A stretch of 64,000 nucleotides of DNA, taken from positions 448,001 through 512,000 of the forward strand of contig CAWKHF010000007.1 of NCBI GenBank assembly GCA_963849325.1. The letters run 5' to 3'. Shown piece after piece: positions 53,462 through 64,000 of this stretch (positions are counted from its first letter, which is position 1; every line of letters begins with the position of its first letter). The DNA comes from an uncultured Planctomycetota bacterium (GTDB lineage Bacteria; Planctomycetota; Planctomycetia; Gemmatales; Gemmataceae). The translations under genes and the position numbers were made by a program. Under the pieces are notes generated by a model. That model made no database searches. It saw only the letters and a program-made list of their open reading frames with translations, and had not been told where the DNA came from.

Positions 53462-54429
53462 GGGCGCTTCTCCGGCGTCGGGTCCGTCGGGCCGGACCCT
53501 GTCGTGGCTCGGGACGGTGGCAGGCTGCGTACCCCCGAGTTGGCGGAGCCGGGTTCCATGTCATCGAGTCCTCCCGCGAGAAAGTCGTCGTCATCGTCGT
53601 CCGATGCTTCCCTCGGTATTGTCGTGCGCTTGGCATCGGCCGCGGCTGGTTGTGCAAGCGACAGCAAAGGAATCGATCGCGGGATCGGAAGCGGCGGCGG
53701 CGCTCCCAGAGGTAGCTCGGGGGTCGGCGGCTCGGATGTCTCTGTCGCGGCCTCAAGGGCCGCGTTTGGCGGCTCCTTGGGACGCGCCGAAGGCGTCGTC
53801 GGGGAGGACATCTCGGGCTGGCTCCGCGGCAATTTCACAGGTGCCATCGGTACGGGTGCCTCAACGGGCGTTTCCGTCGGCGTCGGAGGCGGAACCTCGG
53901 GCGTCTTCCCTTCCTTCCACGGCAGGGGCAGGGCGGAGGGGTACACCGGCGCGTTCGGCTCGGCCTGCGGAGCACCGACGACAACGGTGGGAGGCGGCGC
54001 GTGCGGCATCGGCAGCGAGAGGACCACGAGCCGGCGCAGGCCGCTCTCCCGCGCCACCGCGGTGCCGTGACGGAAGCCCGCGTACCAGTCCATCACGCCT
54101 TCGCAGCCTTTGGACCCGTGGACGTGGTAGCGGAGGTAATGCTTCGGCGGCACCGCCGGCGGTTCTCCACTGCCGCCGGCGTACAGGTAATCCACGAAAC
54201 CGCAATGGAACCCATAAGCGTAGTCCGAGGAATAGGCGCTCTCCGGGCAGGCCCGCCGGACGTCCGCCCAGGCCTGGTGGGCCAGTCTGGCGTAGTGAAT
54301 CTTTTCGATGCGGCTGTCTTTGATGAGGTTGGCCTCATAGAGCAGGTTGCGCGTGCCGATGGAGAACAGGCCGCAACCCGTGCTGAACGGGCAGAGCAGG
54401 ACGACGATGACAGCGATCTTGCTCCGCAT
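53458..54429 (-). CDS. Hypothetical lipoprotein with Pro-rich tail
   Basis: MRSKIAVIVVLLCPFSTGC, GFVDYLYAGG..PP.VPP..Y, WYAGFRHG. Confidence 0.7.
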   Translation of the reverse strand: MRSKIAVIVVLLCPFSTGCGLFSIGTRNLLYEANLIKDSRIEKIHYARLAHQAWADVRRACPESAYSSDYAYGFHCGFVDYLYAGGSGEPPAVPPKHYLRYHVHGSKGCEGVMDWYAGFRHGTAVARESGLRRLVVLSLPMPHAPPPTVVVGAPQAEPNAPVYPSALPLPWKEGKTPEVPPPTPTETPVEAPVPMAPVKLPRSQPEMSSPTTPSARPKEPPNAALEAATETSEPPTPELPLGAPPPLPIPRSIPLLSLAQPAAADAKRTTIPREASDDDDDDFLAGGLDDMEPGSANSGVRSLPPSRATTGSGPTDPTPEKRP

Positions 54430-54686
54430 GGCTCGCTTCCTTGAGCACCCGCCCCACCCTCCGGAGGGCGGATGGCAACCCGACGGCTTGCCCCGACCCG
54501 GCCAAGCAGCACCAAGGACTTGCCTTGCGCTGCCCGCCCGGGTACCGTCGGCGATCGCCGCGGGGTACGCGTCCCCTGCGCACGTTGGAACCACAACATT
54601 GGTAGTGAAGCGGTCTCCTTACCATTGAAGCAATCTCTTGTAAAGAGCAGCCGTCTGCGGAGTGAAGCGCCATCCGGTCATGCGGT

Positions 54687-55931
54687 TCATTCTCGCTTCG
54701 TCAGGCGCGAGAGAAAGTCCGGGTCGGCCTGAAATTGCAGAGTGAGCCAGGGACCGTCCAGGGCGGTCTTGAATGTCGGGTCCGGGCGGCGCAGCGTGCG
54801 GAAGTATTCCTCCAGCCCCCCCGCTGCCGCCGCATCTTCGCACTCGAAGACCGCCTTCACGTCCAGCGACCTGTCCGGCACCAGCCAGACGCCGAAGGTC
54901 CGCAGCGCGGTCAATCGTTCCTGGACTTCCTTCTTCATCCCGCCGAGGAACTTCCCCGCGGAGGTTTTGGCCCAGTTGCGCGAATGGCCGACGACCCAGA
55001 CGAGGGCCGCCGGTTCGCGCCGCTGCTGCAAGACCGTTCGCACCTCCTCCGGCAACTGCCGGAGACCATCGGCGGGCTGGTCCGGCAGCGCTTCGAGCTG
55101 GTCCGGAAACAGGGCCACCACCAGCGTGCGCTCGTCGGCGAACCAGACGTAAAGGGGAACGTCCCGGTGCGGCGCGCGGAAGGCGTACAGTTTTTTCTTG
55201 CCGGCGCCGGCGGCACGGGCGCCGTTGAGCCGTTGGCGCATCGCGGCGTCGTCGTAAGGCTGCGTGGTGCGGAGGACCAGGTAAAATGGTGGGATCACGG
55301 CGTCGTCGATCTGGGCGGCGAAGATGAAGTGATCGAGATCCTCCAGTCGCAGTCCGACCCACGCCGGCAGGTCCGCCAGACGATATTTCGACGTACCAAA
55401 ATGGATGGGGTTTCGGAGCACTTGCCCGCCGACTGGCGTTTCGAGCAGTTCGGCGACGTGGACGCCGGCGAGGACGTTGACGTTGGCGGGCAGATAGCCC
55501 AGGGCGGCGAGCTTGTCCGGGGCCACGCGGACGACAGGAACGATGTCCGGCTCCGGCACACCTGGTTGTCGTCCCGGTCGGCGCGGCGGACGGCTGGTGT
55601 CATGAGCGCGGCGTTCGCCCTGCGTCCGCAGCATGAAGGCGAGTCCGCCGCCGGCCATGAGCAGCATGACGCCAAGCACCACCGCCGCGATCAGGCCATT
55701 GGACCGGCGCGATCGCCGTTCCAGGATAGGGGCCGCAGCGGGCGGGGCGTCGGCCGTGATACCGGTCTCCGCCGGACGCGGCGGCTGGGGCAGTGGCGTG
55801 AACGCCTCCGCCGGGCGCAAGGCGAAGGCATCGCCGCAGCGCGGACAGATAATCCGCTGTCCAGCCGTCGCGCTTGCCGGCACGCCGATCGAGGCGTTGC
55901 AGTAGGGACAGGTCAGAGTTTCCGAAGTCAT
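54687..55931 (-). CDS. Hypothetical membrane-anchored protein with N-terminal Zn finger
   Basis: CPYC..CPRC, one TM segment, intact 414-aa ORF. Confidence 0.75.
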   Translation of the reverse strand: MTSETLTCPYCNASIGVPASATAGQRIICPRCGDAFALRPAEAFTPLPQPPRPAETGITADAPPAAAPILERRSRRSNGLIAAVVLGVMLLMAGGGLAFMLRTQGERRAHDTSRPPRRPGRQPGVPEPDIVPVVRVAPDKLAALGYLPANVNVLAGVHVAELLETPVGGQVLRNPIHFGTSKYRLADLPAWVGLRLEDLDHFIFAAQIDDAVIPPFYLVLRTTQPYDDAAMRQRLNGARAAGAGKKKLYAFRAPHRDVPLYVWFADERTLVVALFPDQLEALPDQPADGLRQLPEEVRTVLQQRREPAALVWVVGHSRNWAKTSAGKFLGGMKKEVQERLTALRTFGVWLVPDRSLDVKAVFECEDAAAAGGLEEYFRTLRRPDPTFKTALDGPWLTLQFQADPDFLSRLTKRE

Positions 55932-55996
55932 TCCATCTATTGTCGATGACCCGGCGCGACCTGTCCAGAGGTTCCGCGCTCAAGGAGCGCCGCACT

Positions 55997-56063
55997 CACA
56001 AGCCCGGAGCGCCAGCGACGGGTTGTAGTTGTAGCAACCCGTCGCTGGCGCTCCGGGCTTGTG
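55997..56063. repeat. REP-like palindrome (same family as 51949)
   Basis: cacaagcccggagcgccagcgacgggttg ... caacccgtcgctggcgctccgggcttgtg. Confidence 0.88.
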
Positions 56064-56075
56064 GAGAAATCGCTT

Positions 56076-58078
56076 TTAGGGAGCTTTCTTCCGCGAGGAT
56101 TTTTGCAGACGGTTGATTTCTTCATCCAAGACTTCCCTCTCCGCGAGGATCTTAGCCAATTCCACTTGCAGCTGGGCGTTTTCGCGCATTAGCTGCTCCA
56201 GGCGCGAGTCGGAGGACAAGTGTCGCTGTACGTCGCGTTCCTCTTGCAACATGCGGATATAATCGCGAGCACGTTGCAGGCGTCGTCGCAGTCTCTCGTT
56301 CTTCTGCTGCCAGTCCTTGATAAGGACATCATCGCGATTCGGCGTTTCCGTAGCGCCATGTCGCGGCTTGGCCTCGATTTTCTCCCTATCGAATACTTCG
56401 CCGCCATTGGCGGTGATGGCTGCTCGCAACGTCGCCTCATCATATTTTTTCGTGAGCGTGTACACGTCTCGGCTGGCGAACGCCGCCTGGAAAAAGTCGC
56501 GGAACAGACCGCCCAGTTCCGGCAGCGGTTCGTCGGCGGCGTAGTGTAGGTCTTCCGGCTTGGTCCACGGCACGGCGTTGCCCGCCTCAACGATGAGGAT
56601 GGTGTTGGCCGTTCCGTCGGGAAAGTGCGCGGGGAATCGCGTGTACCATCGTTTCACGAATGCTGCCTCGATTCCGCCCGGCAACCAGAGGCGCTTTGGG
56701 TCTGCAGGAGCAGGAACAGCGTCTCTTTTCGCCTCCTCTATCTTGGGCACGAACAACGCCCCTCCCATACCCTTCTCCATGTTCGTGCCCCCTCTCGCCG
56801 GGCTGACGAAAACCTGGTAGTACGTCCGCAGAGGCGCATATGCCCTCCCCGGAGGGGCGTACACCTTCGGGACGTAAGTTTCCAGGAGCTTGCGATTATG
56901 CGGACTGTCCCAGGATTCACTGAGGTGGAACAGCTTGTACAGGTTGCCTTGGTCGAGGTACGGCAACAGGGCCACACGCCAACTCAGCAGCGCCTTGCCA
57001 TCCTTGCCGTAGATGGCAGGGGCGGGGAGATGGCCATGCTTCTCGGCGTAAGCGTGCATGGCCAGGGCGAGCGTCCTCAGGTTGAGCCGGCTCTGTGCCA
57101 TGTCGTGAATGAGCTTCGCCGTATCTTCCCGCGTGTTCGCCTCGGGGGCGTCAGCAGCGGGAGCGACCGCGTGGGGTGGGGGCGATTGGTCCGGCGGCTC
57201 CGTTGCGCTTCGGGCTGAGGCCCAAAATGTCGTCATCGTACCGCCGGCACAAACCACCAGGAAAAGCATCATCACGATCTTGATCCGCGTCCAGTACATC
57301 GCTTTCAACACTCCTTCCGCCAGGGCGGCGCTGCGCGGCAAGGCCATGGCGCTCGCCGCCTGGCCCGCCGCGAACGACTTCGCGCCCTGAATGGTGGTAT
57401 GGATTAGTCTCACCATCGCCGCCTGGGAGCTTGGCAGCGGTGAAGCGGCAGCGGATGCGGCCGCGGCGAGAGTTACGCCGCGGCGAACGAGCCGGCGGCG
57501 CAGCAGTTCGCGGCGCGCAGACAAACGCCCCGCCACGGTGCGCGCGGCCAACCCAGTTGGCTCGCCGCTTCCTCGTGCGTCTTCGCCTCGAAATAGCAGG
57601 CCACAATCACGGCGCGATACTTCGCCGACAAACGATTCACTTCCTCGCAGACGAGCCGGCGCAGCTCGCGCTGCTCCGCGTCGTCGGTCTCCGCCGGGGC
57701 CGCGATGCCTTCCAATGCGGGGCCGGCGGACGCGCGTTTCTGGACCTCGGCCCGGGCCTTCAAGGCGACGTGATAGGCGACGCGGTAGAGCCAGGCGCCG
57801 AGCGATTGACGGCGGCTGATGGAGCCGGCCTTGCGGACGAACACGAGGAACGTCGCCTGGAAAGCGTCGTCGGCCGCCTCGTCGTCGCGCAGCACCTGCC
57901 GGCAAACGTGCAGAACCATCGCCGCGTGCCGCCACAGCAACAACTCGAACGCCGCCTCGTCACGCGCGCTGACGAAGCGGCTCAGCAGGTCGGCATCGCT
58001 CACGCTGCCGCCGGCCGGTGTGCCGAGCACCCGGCGGAGATAGTGCAGGATCGGATGCTGTCGTGTGTCGGTCATCAC
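56076..58078 (-). CDS. ECF sigma factor with TM helix and DUF1559-like C-terminal extension, one frameshift
   Basis: [81 protein letters not shown]. Confidence 0.88.
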
Positions 58079-58188
58079 AAGCTCGCTGCCGAAGTCGCCT
58101 CTTCTTTAATAGATCCCTCCGCGACCCGGACGCATACACTATTTTTGCATCGAGACTTTTTGTTTCGCCGCGAACTTTGGATCCTACC

Positions 58189-59412
58189 ATGAACAATTAC
58201 GTCACCCACCTCGAAAGCGCCCTCGACGGCACGACGTTGCCCGCCGGCCAGGTCCACACGGTCCATCAGGGCCGTCCGCTCTGGGTCCGCTACGACCTGC
58301 CGCGCCTGCGCGGCGCCGTCACCCCGGACACGTTCGCGTCCCGGCCGCCAACGCTGTGGCGTTACCGCGAGCTGCTGCCGCTGCCGCTGGACGCCGAACC
58401 CGTGACGCTCGGCGAAGGGATGACGCCGCTCTTGCCCTGTCCGCGTCTGGGCCAAGCGCTGGGCCTGCGGCGGTTGTTCGTCAAGGACGAATCGCAGTTG
58501 CCGACCGGCAGTTTCAAGAGCCGCGGCATGACCCTGGCCGTCAGCATGGCCAAGCATCTCGGCCTTCGCCGCCTGGCCATCCCCACCGCCGGCAACGCCG
58601 GCGGCGCGCTGGCCGCCTACGGCGCCCGCGCCGGCATGGAGGTTTACGTGTTCATGCCCCAGGATACGCCGATCATCAACCAGATCGAGGCGCACCTGGC
58701 CGGGGCGCGCGTGTTTCTCGTCAACGGACTCATCACCGACTGCGGCCGACTCGTCCGCGAGGGCACGCCGGCACTCGGCTGGTTCGACGTATCCACTCTC
58801 AAGGAACCGTATCGCCTCGAAGGCAAAAAGACGATGGGCCTGGAGCTGGCGGAGCAGAACGGCTATCGGCTGCCCGACGTGATCCTGTATCCGACCGGCG
58901 GCGGCACCGGCCTCATCGGCATGTGGAAGGCGTTTGCCGAGCTGCGCGAGCTGGGTTGGCTGCGCTCGGAGAGGCTGCCGCGTCTCATCAGCTGTCAGAG
59001 CGATGGTTGTGCCCCGATCGTGCGGGCGTTCGAGAAGGGCGAGCGCTTCGCGGAACCGTTCGCCGATGCTCATACGGTGGCCAGCGGCCTGCGCGTGCCG
59101 GCCGCCGTCGGCGATTTCATGATGCTCGACGCCATCCGCGCCAGCGGTGGTTGTGCCGTCGCCGGCCGCGAGGGGCGCATCCTCGAATGGATGCGGCGGG
59201 GCATGAGCCTCGAAGGCATCTCCTTCTGTCCCGAGACGGCGGTTTGTCTCGACTGCCTGGAGGTGCTTGTCGCCGAGGGACGGATTGGCGCGGACGAGGA
59301 AGTGGTCGTCTTCAACACCGGAGCGGCGCAGAAGTATCCCGAGATCGCGTCCTTGCGGCTGCCGCACCTCGACAAGGATCGCCCCGTGGATTACGAAGCG
59401 ATTACACGCTGA
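58189..59412 (+). CDS. thrC: Threonine synthase (fold-type II PLP enzyme)
   Basis: [48 protein letters not shown]. Confidence 0.82.
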   Translation: MNNYVTHLESALDGTTLPAGQVHTVHQGRPLWVRYDLPRLRGAVTPDTFASRPPTLWRYRELLPLPLDAEPVTLGEGMTPLLPCPRLGQALGLRRLFVKDESQLPTGSFKSRGMTLAVSMAKHLGLRRLAIPTAGNAGGALAAYGARAGMEVYVFMPQDTPIINQIEAHLAGARVFLVNGLITDCGRLVREGTPALGWFDVSTLKEPYRLEGKKTMGLELAEQNGYRLPDVILYPTGGGTGLIGMWKAFAELRELGWLRSERLPRLISCQSDGCAPIVRAFEKGERFAEPFADAHTVASGLRVPAAVGDFMMLDAIRASGGCAVAGREGRILEWMRRGMSLEGISFCPETAVCLDCLEVLVAEGRIGADEEVVVFNTGAAQKYPEIASLRLPHLDKDRPVDYEAITR

Positions 59413-59474
59413 CGATGCTTTACTGTCCGTCCCTGGACCTGAAATCCCGATGTCCAATCGGTCTTCATGGAAGC

Positions 59475-60753
59475 TCAACTCGCCGAAGCGTTGGCGGGGG
59501 TGATGGCCGGTACGTCCGCGGCGGGCGGAGTAGGGGTGATCAAGGCGAGGAACTCGTTCTCCCAGCGCGGCCGCAGCCGCCACAGCACGACCGCGCACAG
59601 GCAGGCCATCAGGGCGAGGACCGCGAAGCCGGGGGCAAAGCTGGCCGTCGTTCGCTTCAGCGTGCCCAGTACGTTCGGCAACAGAAAGCCGCCGACGCCG
59701 CCGGCCGCGCCGACGATGCCGGTGACGACGCCGATCTCGCGCGGGAAACGCTGCGGCACGAGCTGGAACACCGAGCCGTTGCCCATGCCGAGCAGGCCCA
59801 TGAGGACGAACAGCAGCACGATCGCCGCCGGCAGCGGCGGCAAACTCGTCAGGGCCAACAAGGCAAGCCCTGCGCCGATGTAGAGCAGCATCAACATGCG
59901 AATGCCGCCGAAGCGGTCGGCGAGGTAGCCGCCCACCGGCCGCAAGGAAGGAGCCGGACAGGACGCACAGCGTCGTGATGTAGCCGGCGTAGATTTCGCC
60001 GCTCTGGGCGTCGAGCGGGAAATACTGGTCCTTGAAGAAGATGGTCAAGAAGCTGGCCAGGCCGACGAAGCCGCCGAAGGTGACGGCGTAGAGCAGGCAG
60101 AACCACCACGTATCGGCCTGGCCGAGAACGGCGCCGTAGTCGCGCAGCGATTTGGCTGGCGGTTGGTTGGGGCTGTCCTTGGCCAGCAGCACGAAGACGC
60201 CCAGGGTCAACAGTAGCGGGATCAGGGCGAGACCGAAGACGGCGTGCCAGCCGAGGGAGCGGGCGAGAACGGGACCGAAGAAGGTGGCCAGGGCGGTGCC
60301 GCTGTTGCCGGCGCCGGCGATGCCCATCGCCAGACCCTGATACTGCGGCGGATACCAGCGGCTGGCCAGCGGCAGCGCCGCCGCGAAGCTCGCCCCCGCC
60401 ACGCCCAGAAGCAGACCGACCAGCAGCATTTCCGGATAGCTGTCCGCCCACAGCCAGCCCAGCAGCAGCGGGATCGTCGTCAGCACCATGCCGAGGATGG
60501 CCGTTCGCCGTGCGCCGATGTGGTCGGTCAGCAGGCCCAGCACCAGGCGCAGCAGCGAGCCGCCCAGCAGCGGCACGGCGACCAGGAAGCCTTTCTTCGC
60601 CGCGTCGGTTACCGGATCGAGTGCGAGATGGGCCGAGATGCTCACGCCCAGCGAGCCGATCAGCACCCAGACCATGAAACTGACATCGAAGTAGAGAAAG
60701 GCGCAGAGCAGCGTCGGGAAATGACCGGCACGGCGAAAATCACGCAAGTTCAT
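59475..60753 (-). CDS. NarK/NasA nitrate/nitrite MFS transporter, one frameshift
   Basis: [53 protein letters not shown]. Confidence 0.9.
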
Positions 60754-60777
60754 CGCCTCGTCCCACAAAAAACAATT

Positions 60778-60874
60778 AACCACAGATGAACACAGATGAA
60801 CACAGATAAAACAAACTCAAATCAAATGATTCGTTTGGTTTTTCATCTGTGTTTATCTGTGTTCATCTGTGGTT
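60778..60874. repeat. Nonamer-repeat palindrome (ACACAGATG)n with AT-rich spacer
   Basis: aaccacagatgaacacagatgaacacagat ... atctgtgtttatctgtgttcatctgtggtt. Confidence 0.88.
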
Positions 60875-61094
60875 CATTATTGGCCCATTGAGGTAGCGCA
60901 GCAGACTGACGTTGACGATACAGCAGACGACGCTGGCCGCGGCGGCCGGCCAGAGGACGGCGTCGTCGCCGCCCAGCCAGGCATGGACCGTCGCCGTCAG
61001 CAGCCACAGTTGGACGCAGCACGACGAACAGCACCAGGCAGAGGATGCCCTGCAAGATCGTCGTCATTTGTTCGCGGGTCAGTGGACGGTTCAT
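60863..61094 (-). CDS. Small two-TM membrane protein
   Basis: [26 protein letters not shown] joined to [15 protein letters not shown]...WPAAAAS after one frameshift. Confidence 0.6.
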
Positions 61095-61637
61095 GTGTGA
61101 GTTCACCTCCACTCCGGTGGCGTACAGGACGCCGCCGCGGTCCTCCAGGGTGATGCGGGGTAAGGGACGCCGCGGCGGACCGGCCAACGGCCGGCCGCTG
61201 TCCAGGGCGAAATAGCCCTTGTGACAAGGGCACAAGAAACAGTTGCGTTCCGGCTCCGGCGTCACCGCACAGCCCAGGTGCGTACACTTCTGGCTGAAGG
61301 CCAGCAGGGTGTGTTCGTCGGGACGCAGCAGCAGGCAGGGATCGTGGTCTTCCGGGTAGGCGAAGGCGAGCACGCCGCCGACCGGGACGTCGGCGAGGGG
61401 AGCGATGGCCTTGACGCCCGGCCGGCCGCGACGGCGGCGAAACCAACTCAGCACGCCGATGCCGAGCTGCACCAGGGCGAACGGCAGACTGGTCAGCACG
61501 AGAAACTTCGTGAAATCGCGGCGCGCGACGAAGTGGTCCTGCGGCCAGTCGATGGGAAAGTCCTGGCGCCAGGCCGGCTGCTCGCTCAGCGGCAGGCCGT
61601 TCGGGGCGGTCGTGCCTTTTTTCGTCGTCTCGTTCAT
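61090..61637 (-). CDS. Rieske 2Fe-2S protein with Tat-like motif
   Basis: [28 protein letters not shown]. Confidence 0.9.
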
Positions 61638-62290
61638 TCACGCCCCCTCGTCCGGATCGAACAGGTTGGCATCCATCAGATCCAGGGCGAAGACCTTGTC
61701 TTCGGCCGTCTCGTGCATGCCGGCCGTCACGTCGATGCGCGGAGGCGTGGCCGTTGCGCGGGGCCATCAGGTTCACCTTCGTGGTGATGGTCTGGCCGCC
61801 GAACTGGAAGCGGTTCGTTGCAGCGGAGCGCGGCCGCAGTCGTTCGAATTTCCTCGCGCGTGCCGAAGAACAGCGCCTGGCTTGGGCAGACCGAGGCGCA
61901 CATCGGCTTCTTGCCGACGGAGGTGCGGTCGTAGCACAGATCGCACTTCATCATCAGGTCGAAATCGCTGTTCATCTTGGGCACGCCGAACGGGCAGGCG
62001 AGGACGCAGTTGTTGCAGCCGAGGCAGCGGGCCTTGAGGGCGCTGCGGACGACGCCGTCCTCGCCCTTCTTGATGGCGTCGGCGGGACAGACCTCGGCGC
62101 AGGTCGGCGAATCGCAGTGCATGCACACCATCGGCATCGTCTGCGTCGAGTAGGCCCGGTCGAGGTACTCCAGATGGATCATCGGCAGGCCCTTGTGCGT
62201 GTCGCACTCGCTGCACGCCTGCACGCACGCCTTGCAGCCGATGCAGCGGCTCGGGTCGATGAAGAAGCCATACTGTTCGGGGACCGGCAT
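61638..62290 (-). CDS. 4Fe-4S dicluster protein (DmsB/NrfC-like)
   Basis: [48 protein letters not shown]. Confidence 0.92.
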
Positions 62291-62315
62291 CACCCCATCC
62301 TTTGCCGCTTGCGGC

Positions 62316-64000
62316 TTAGCGTGGCGAGCGTTCAGCCACAAACGGCTCGTTTCCCTCGGCATACGCCGGTGCGGCCGGCACCTTGAACACGCGCACGGCA
62401 CAGACCTTGAACTCCGGGATCTTCGAGATCGGGTCCTGAGCGGCGATCGTCACCTGGTTGATGCTCCGCGCCCCGGCCCAGTGGTAGGGCACGAACACGG
62501 TATCGGGCCGGATCGTCGTCACCACCTGCGCCCGCAGCGTACACGAGCCGCGGCGCGATTCGACGGTCGCCCAGTCGCCGTCGGCGATGCCGAGCCGGCT
62601 CGCCAGGCGCGGGTGCATCTCGATGCGCGGCTCGGGATATTGATCGACCAGCGGCCCGATGCGGCGCGTCTGCGTGCCGGACAGAAACTGGCTGACCACG
62701 CGGCCCGTCGTCAGGATGATCGGATACTCGTCATCCACGTCCTCCGCCGGCGGCGCGTAGGCGGCGACGTGGAAGCGCGCCTGGCCGTCGGGGAAGTAGA
62801 AGCGGCCGCGGCCGCGAGCGATCGGGTTCCACGAATCGGCCTCGAACAGCGCGGCGTGCCGGGGTGGTCCTCCGTGGGGCACGGCCAGAAGACGCCGTAT
62901 TCCTCCTCGATGCGCTCGTAGGTGATGCCGGCGTAATCGGCGATGCCGCCCGCCGAGGCGCGGCGCAGCTCCTCGAAGATTTCGCGCGAGTTCTCGAAGG
63001 TGAAGCCTCGTGGCCGGCCCAGCGCGCGGGCGATGTCCTGGATGATGCGCCAGTCCTGCCGGGCCTCGCCGGGCGGATCGACGCATTGATTGATCTTGAT
63101 GACGCGGCCCTCGATCTGCGTGACGGTGCCCTCGTCCTCCTCTTGCAGCGACCCGGCAGCACGATCGTCGGCGTGTTGCGCCGTCTCGTTGAGGAAGAAA
63201 TCGATGGCGACGTAGAAATCCAGCTTGTCGAGCATCCGGCCGACGAAGTGGCTGTCCGGCAGCGAGACCTTGGGGTTGAAGCAGAGCGACAGCAGGCCGC
63301 GCACCTCGCCGCGATCGATCTTGCGGAAAATCTCGTAGGCATCGACGCCCGGACCCGGCAGTTCGTCGGCGTCGATGCCCCAGACCTCGGCGACGTGCGT
63401 CCCGATGCTCCGGGTTGGCGATGTCGCGGCCGCCGGGGAGCTGATCGCACTTCTGGCCGTGCTCGCGTCCGCCCTGGCCGTTGCCCTGGCCGGTGATGGT
63501 GGCGTAGCCGCAGCCGGGCCGCCCGATGCGGCCGGAGGCGAGGACCATGTTGATCGCACCGAGGACGTTCTGTACGCCGTGGCTGTGGTGCTCGATGCCG
63601 CGCGCGTGCAGCAGAAAGCTGCTCCGCGCCGTGCCCCACCACTCCGCCGCCTGCCGGATCGAGCGCTCGGCGATGCCCGTCACTTCCGCCGTGCGCCGCG
63701 GCGTCCAGTCGCGGACGTGCTCGGCGACCTTGTCGAAACCGATGGTGTGTTCCGCGATGAAATCGTGATCGAGCCAGTCGTTCTCGATCATCAGGTGGAG
63801 GATGCCGTTGAACAGGGCGATGTCGCGGCCAGGCTTGACGGGCAGGAACAGATCGCAGGTGCGGGCGACCGGCGTGATGCGCGGATCGACGACGATGATA
63901 CGGGCGCCGTTCTCGCGGGCCTGCCAGACGTAGTTCGTCGTGATGGGGGCGCACTCGGCGATGTTGGCGCCGCTGATCCACACGACCTCGGCGGACAGGA
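62316..64000 (-). CDS. Molybdopterin oxidoreductase (nitrate reductase/formate dehydrogenase-like), 5'-truncated, frameshifted
   Basis: [52 protein letters not shown]. Confidence 0.88.
   Translation of the reverse strand, partial: LSAEVVWISGANIAECAPITTNYVWQARENGARIIVVDPRITPVARTCDLFLPVKPGRDIALFNGILHLMIENDWLDHDFIAEHTIGFDKVAEHVRDWTPRRTAEVTGIAERSIRQAAEWWGTARSSFLLHARGIEHHSHGVQNVLGAINMVLASGRIGRPGCGYATITGQGNGQGGREHGQKCDQLPGGRDIANPEHRDARRRGLGHRRRRTAGSGRRCLRDFPQDRSRRGARPAVALLQPQGLAAGQPLRRPDARQAGFLRRHRFLPQRDGATRRRSCCRVAARGGRGHRHADRGPRHQDQSMRRSARRGPAGLAHHPGHRPRAGPATRLHLRELARNLRGAAPRLGGRHRRLRRHHLRAHRGGIRRLLAVPHGGPPRHAALFEADSWNPIARGRGRFYFPDGQARFHVAAYAPPAEDVDDEYPIILTTGRVVSQFLSGTQTRRIGPLVDQYPEPRIEMHPRLASRLGIADGDWATVESRRGSCTLRAQVVTTIRPDTVFVPYHWAGARSINQVTIAAQDPISKIPEFKVCAVRVFKVPAAPAYAEGNEPFVAERSPR

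Noticed and set aside
58075-59475. Long antisense extension of the 902-aa ORF and similar shadow ORFs
   Set aside because: Stop-poor antisense frames are expected at this GC content; the strand opposite encodes threonine synthase.

Overview
GC-rich bacterial DNA, most consistent with a Planctomycetota (Gemmataceae-like) chromosome: it carries a DUF1559 prepilin-type gene, WD40 Ser/Thr kinases, an ECF sigma factor with a long C-terminal extension and a Uma2 gene. Many clearly functional genes contain 1-nt frameshifts, probably uncorrected long-read indels, so gene ends were stitched by eye. Content in order: MscS, sugar ABC transporter, two kinase-WD40 genes, PfpI, HAD hydrolase, a small cassette-like island with an attC-like site and a possible IS110 stub, the glycine cleavage operon, M28 peptidase, TlpA redoxin, HerA-like ATPase, a candidate secreted selenoprotein, DUF1559 pair, serC-like/serA with a two-gene insert, a ~20 kb exopolysaccharide locus, ECF sigma, threonine synthase, and a NarK/Rieske/4Fe-4S/molybdoenzyme module. 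Most notable: (1) an in-frame Cys-TGA followed by a SECIS-like hairpin in a SelN-like thioredoxin-fold gene (27657-28787); (2) heptamer-repeat palindromes with shared inner ends, translated in frame inside EPS genes, two of them 93 nt long and at domain junctions; (3) an integrase-less cassette island; (4) several REP-like and nonamer palindrome families. No rRNA, tRNA or CRISPR array was seen.
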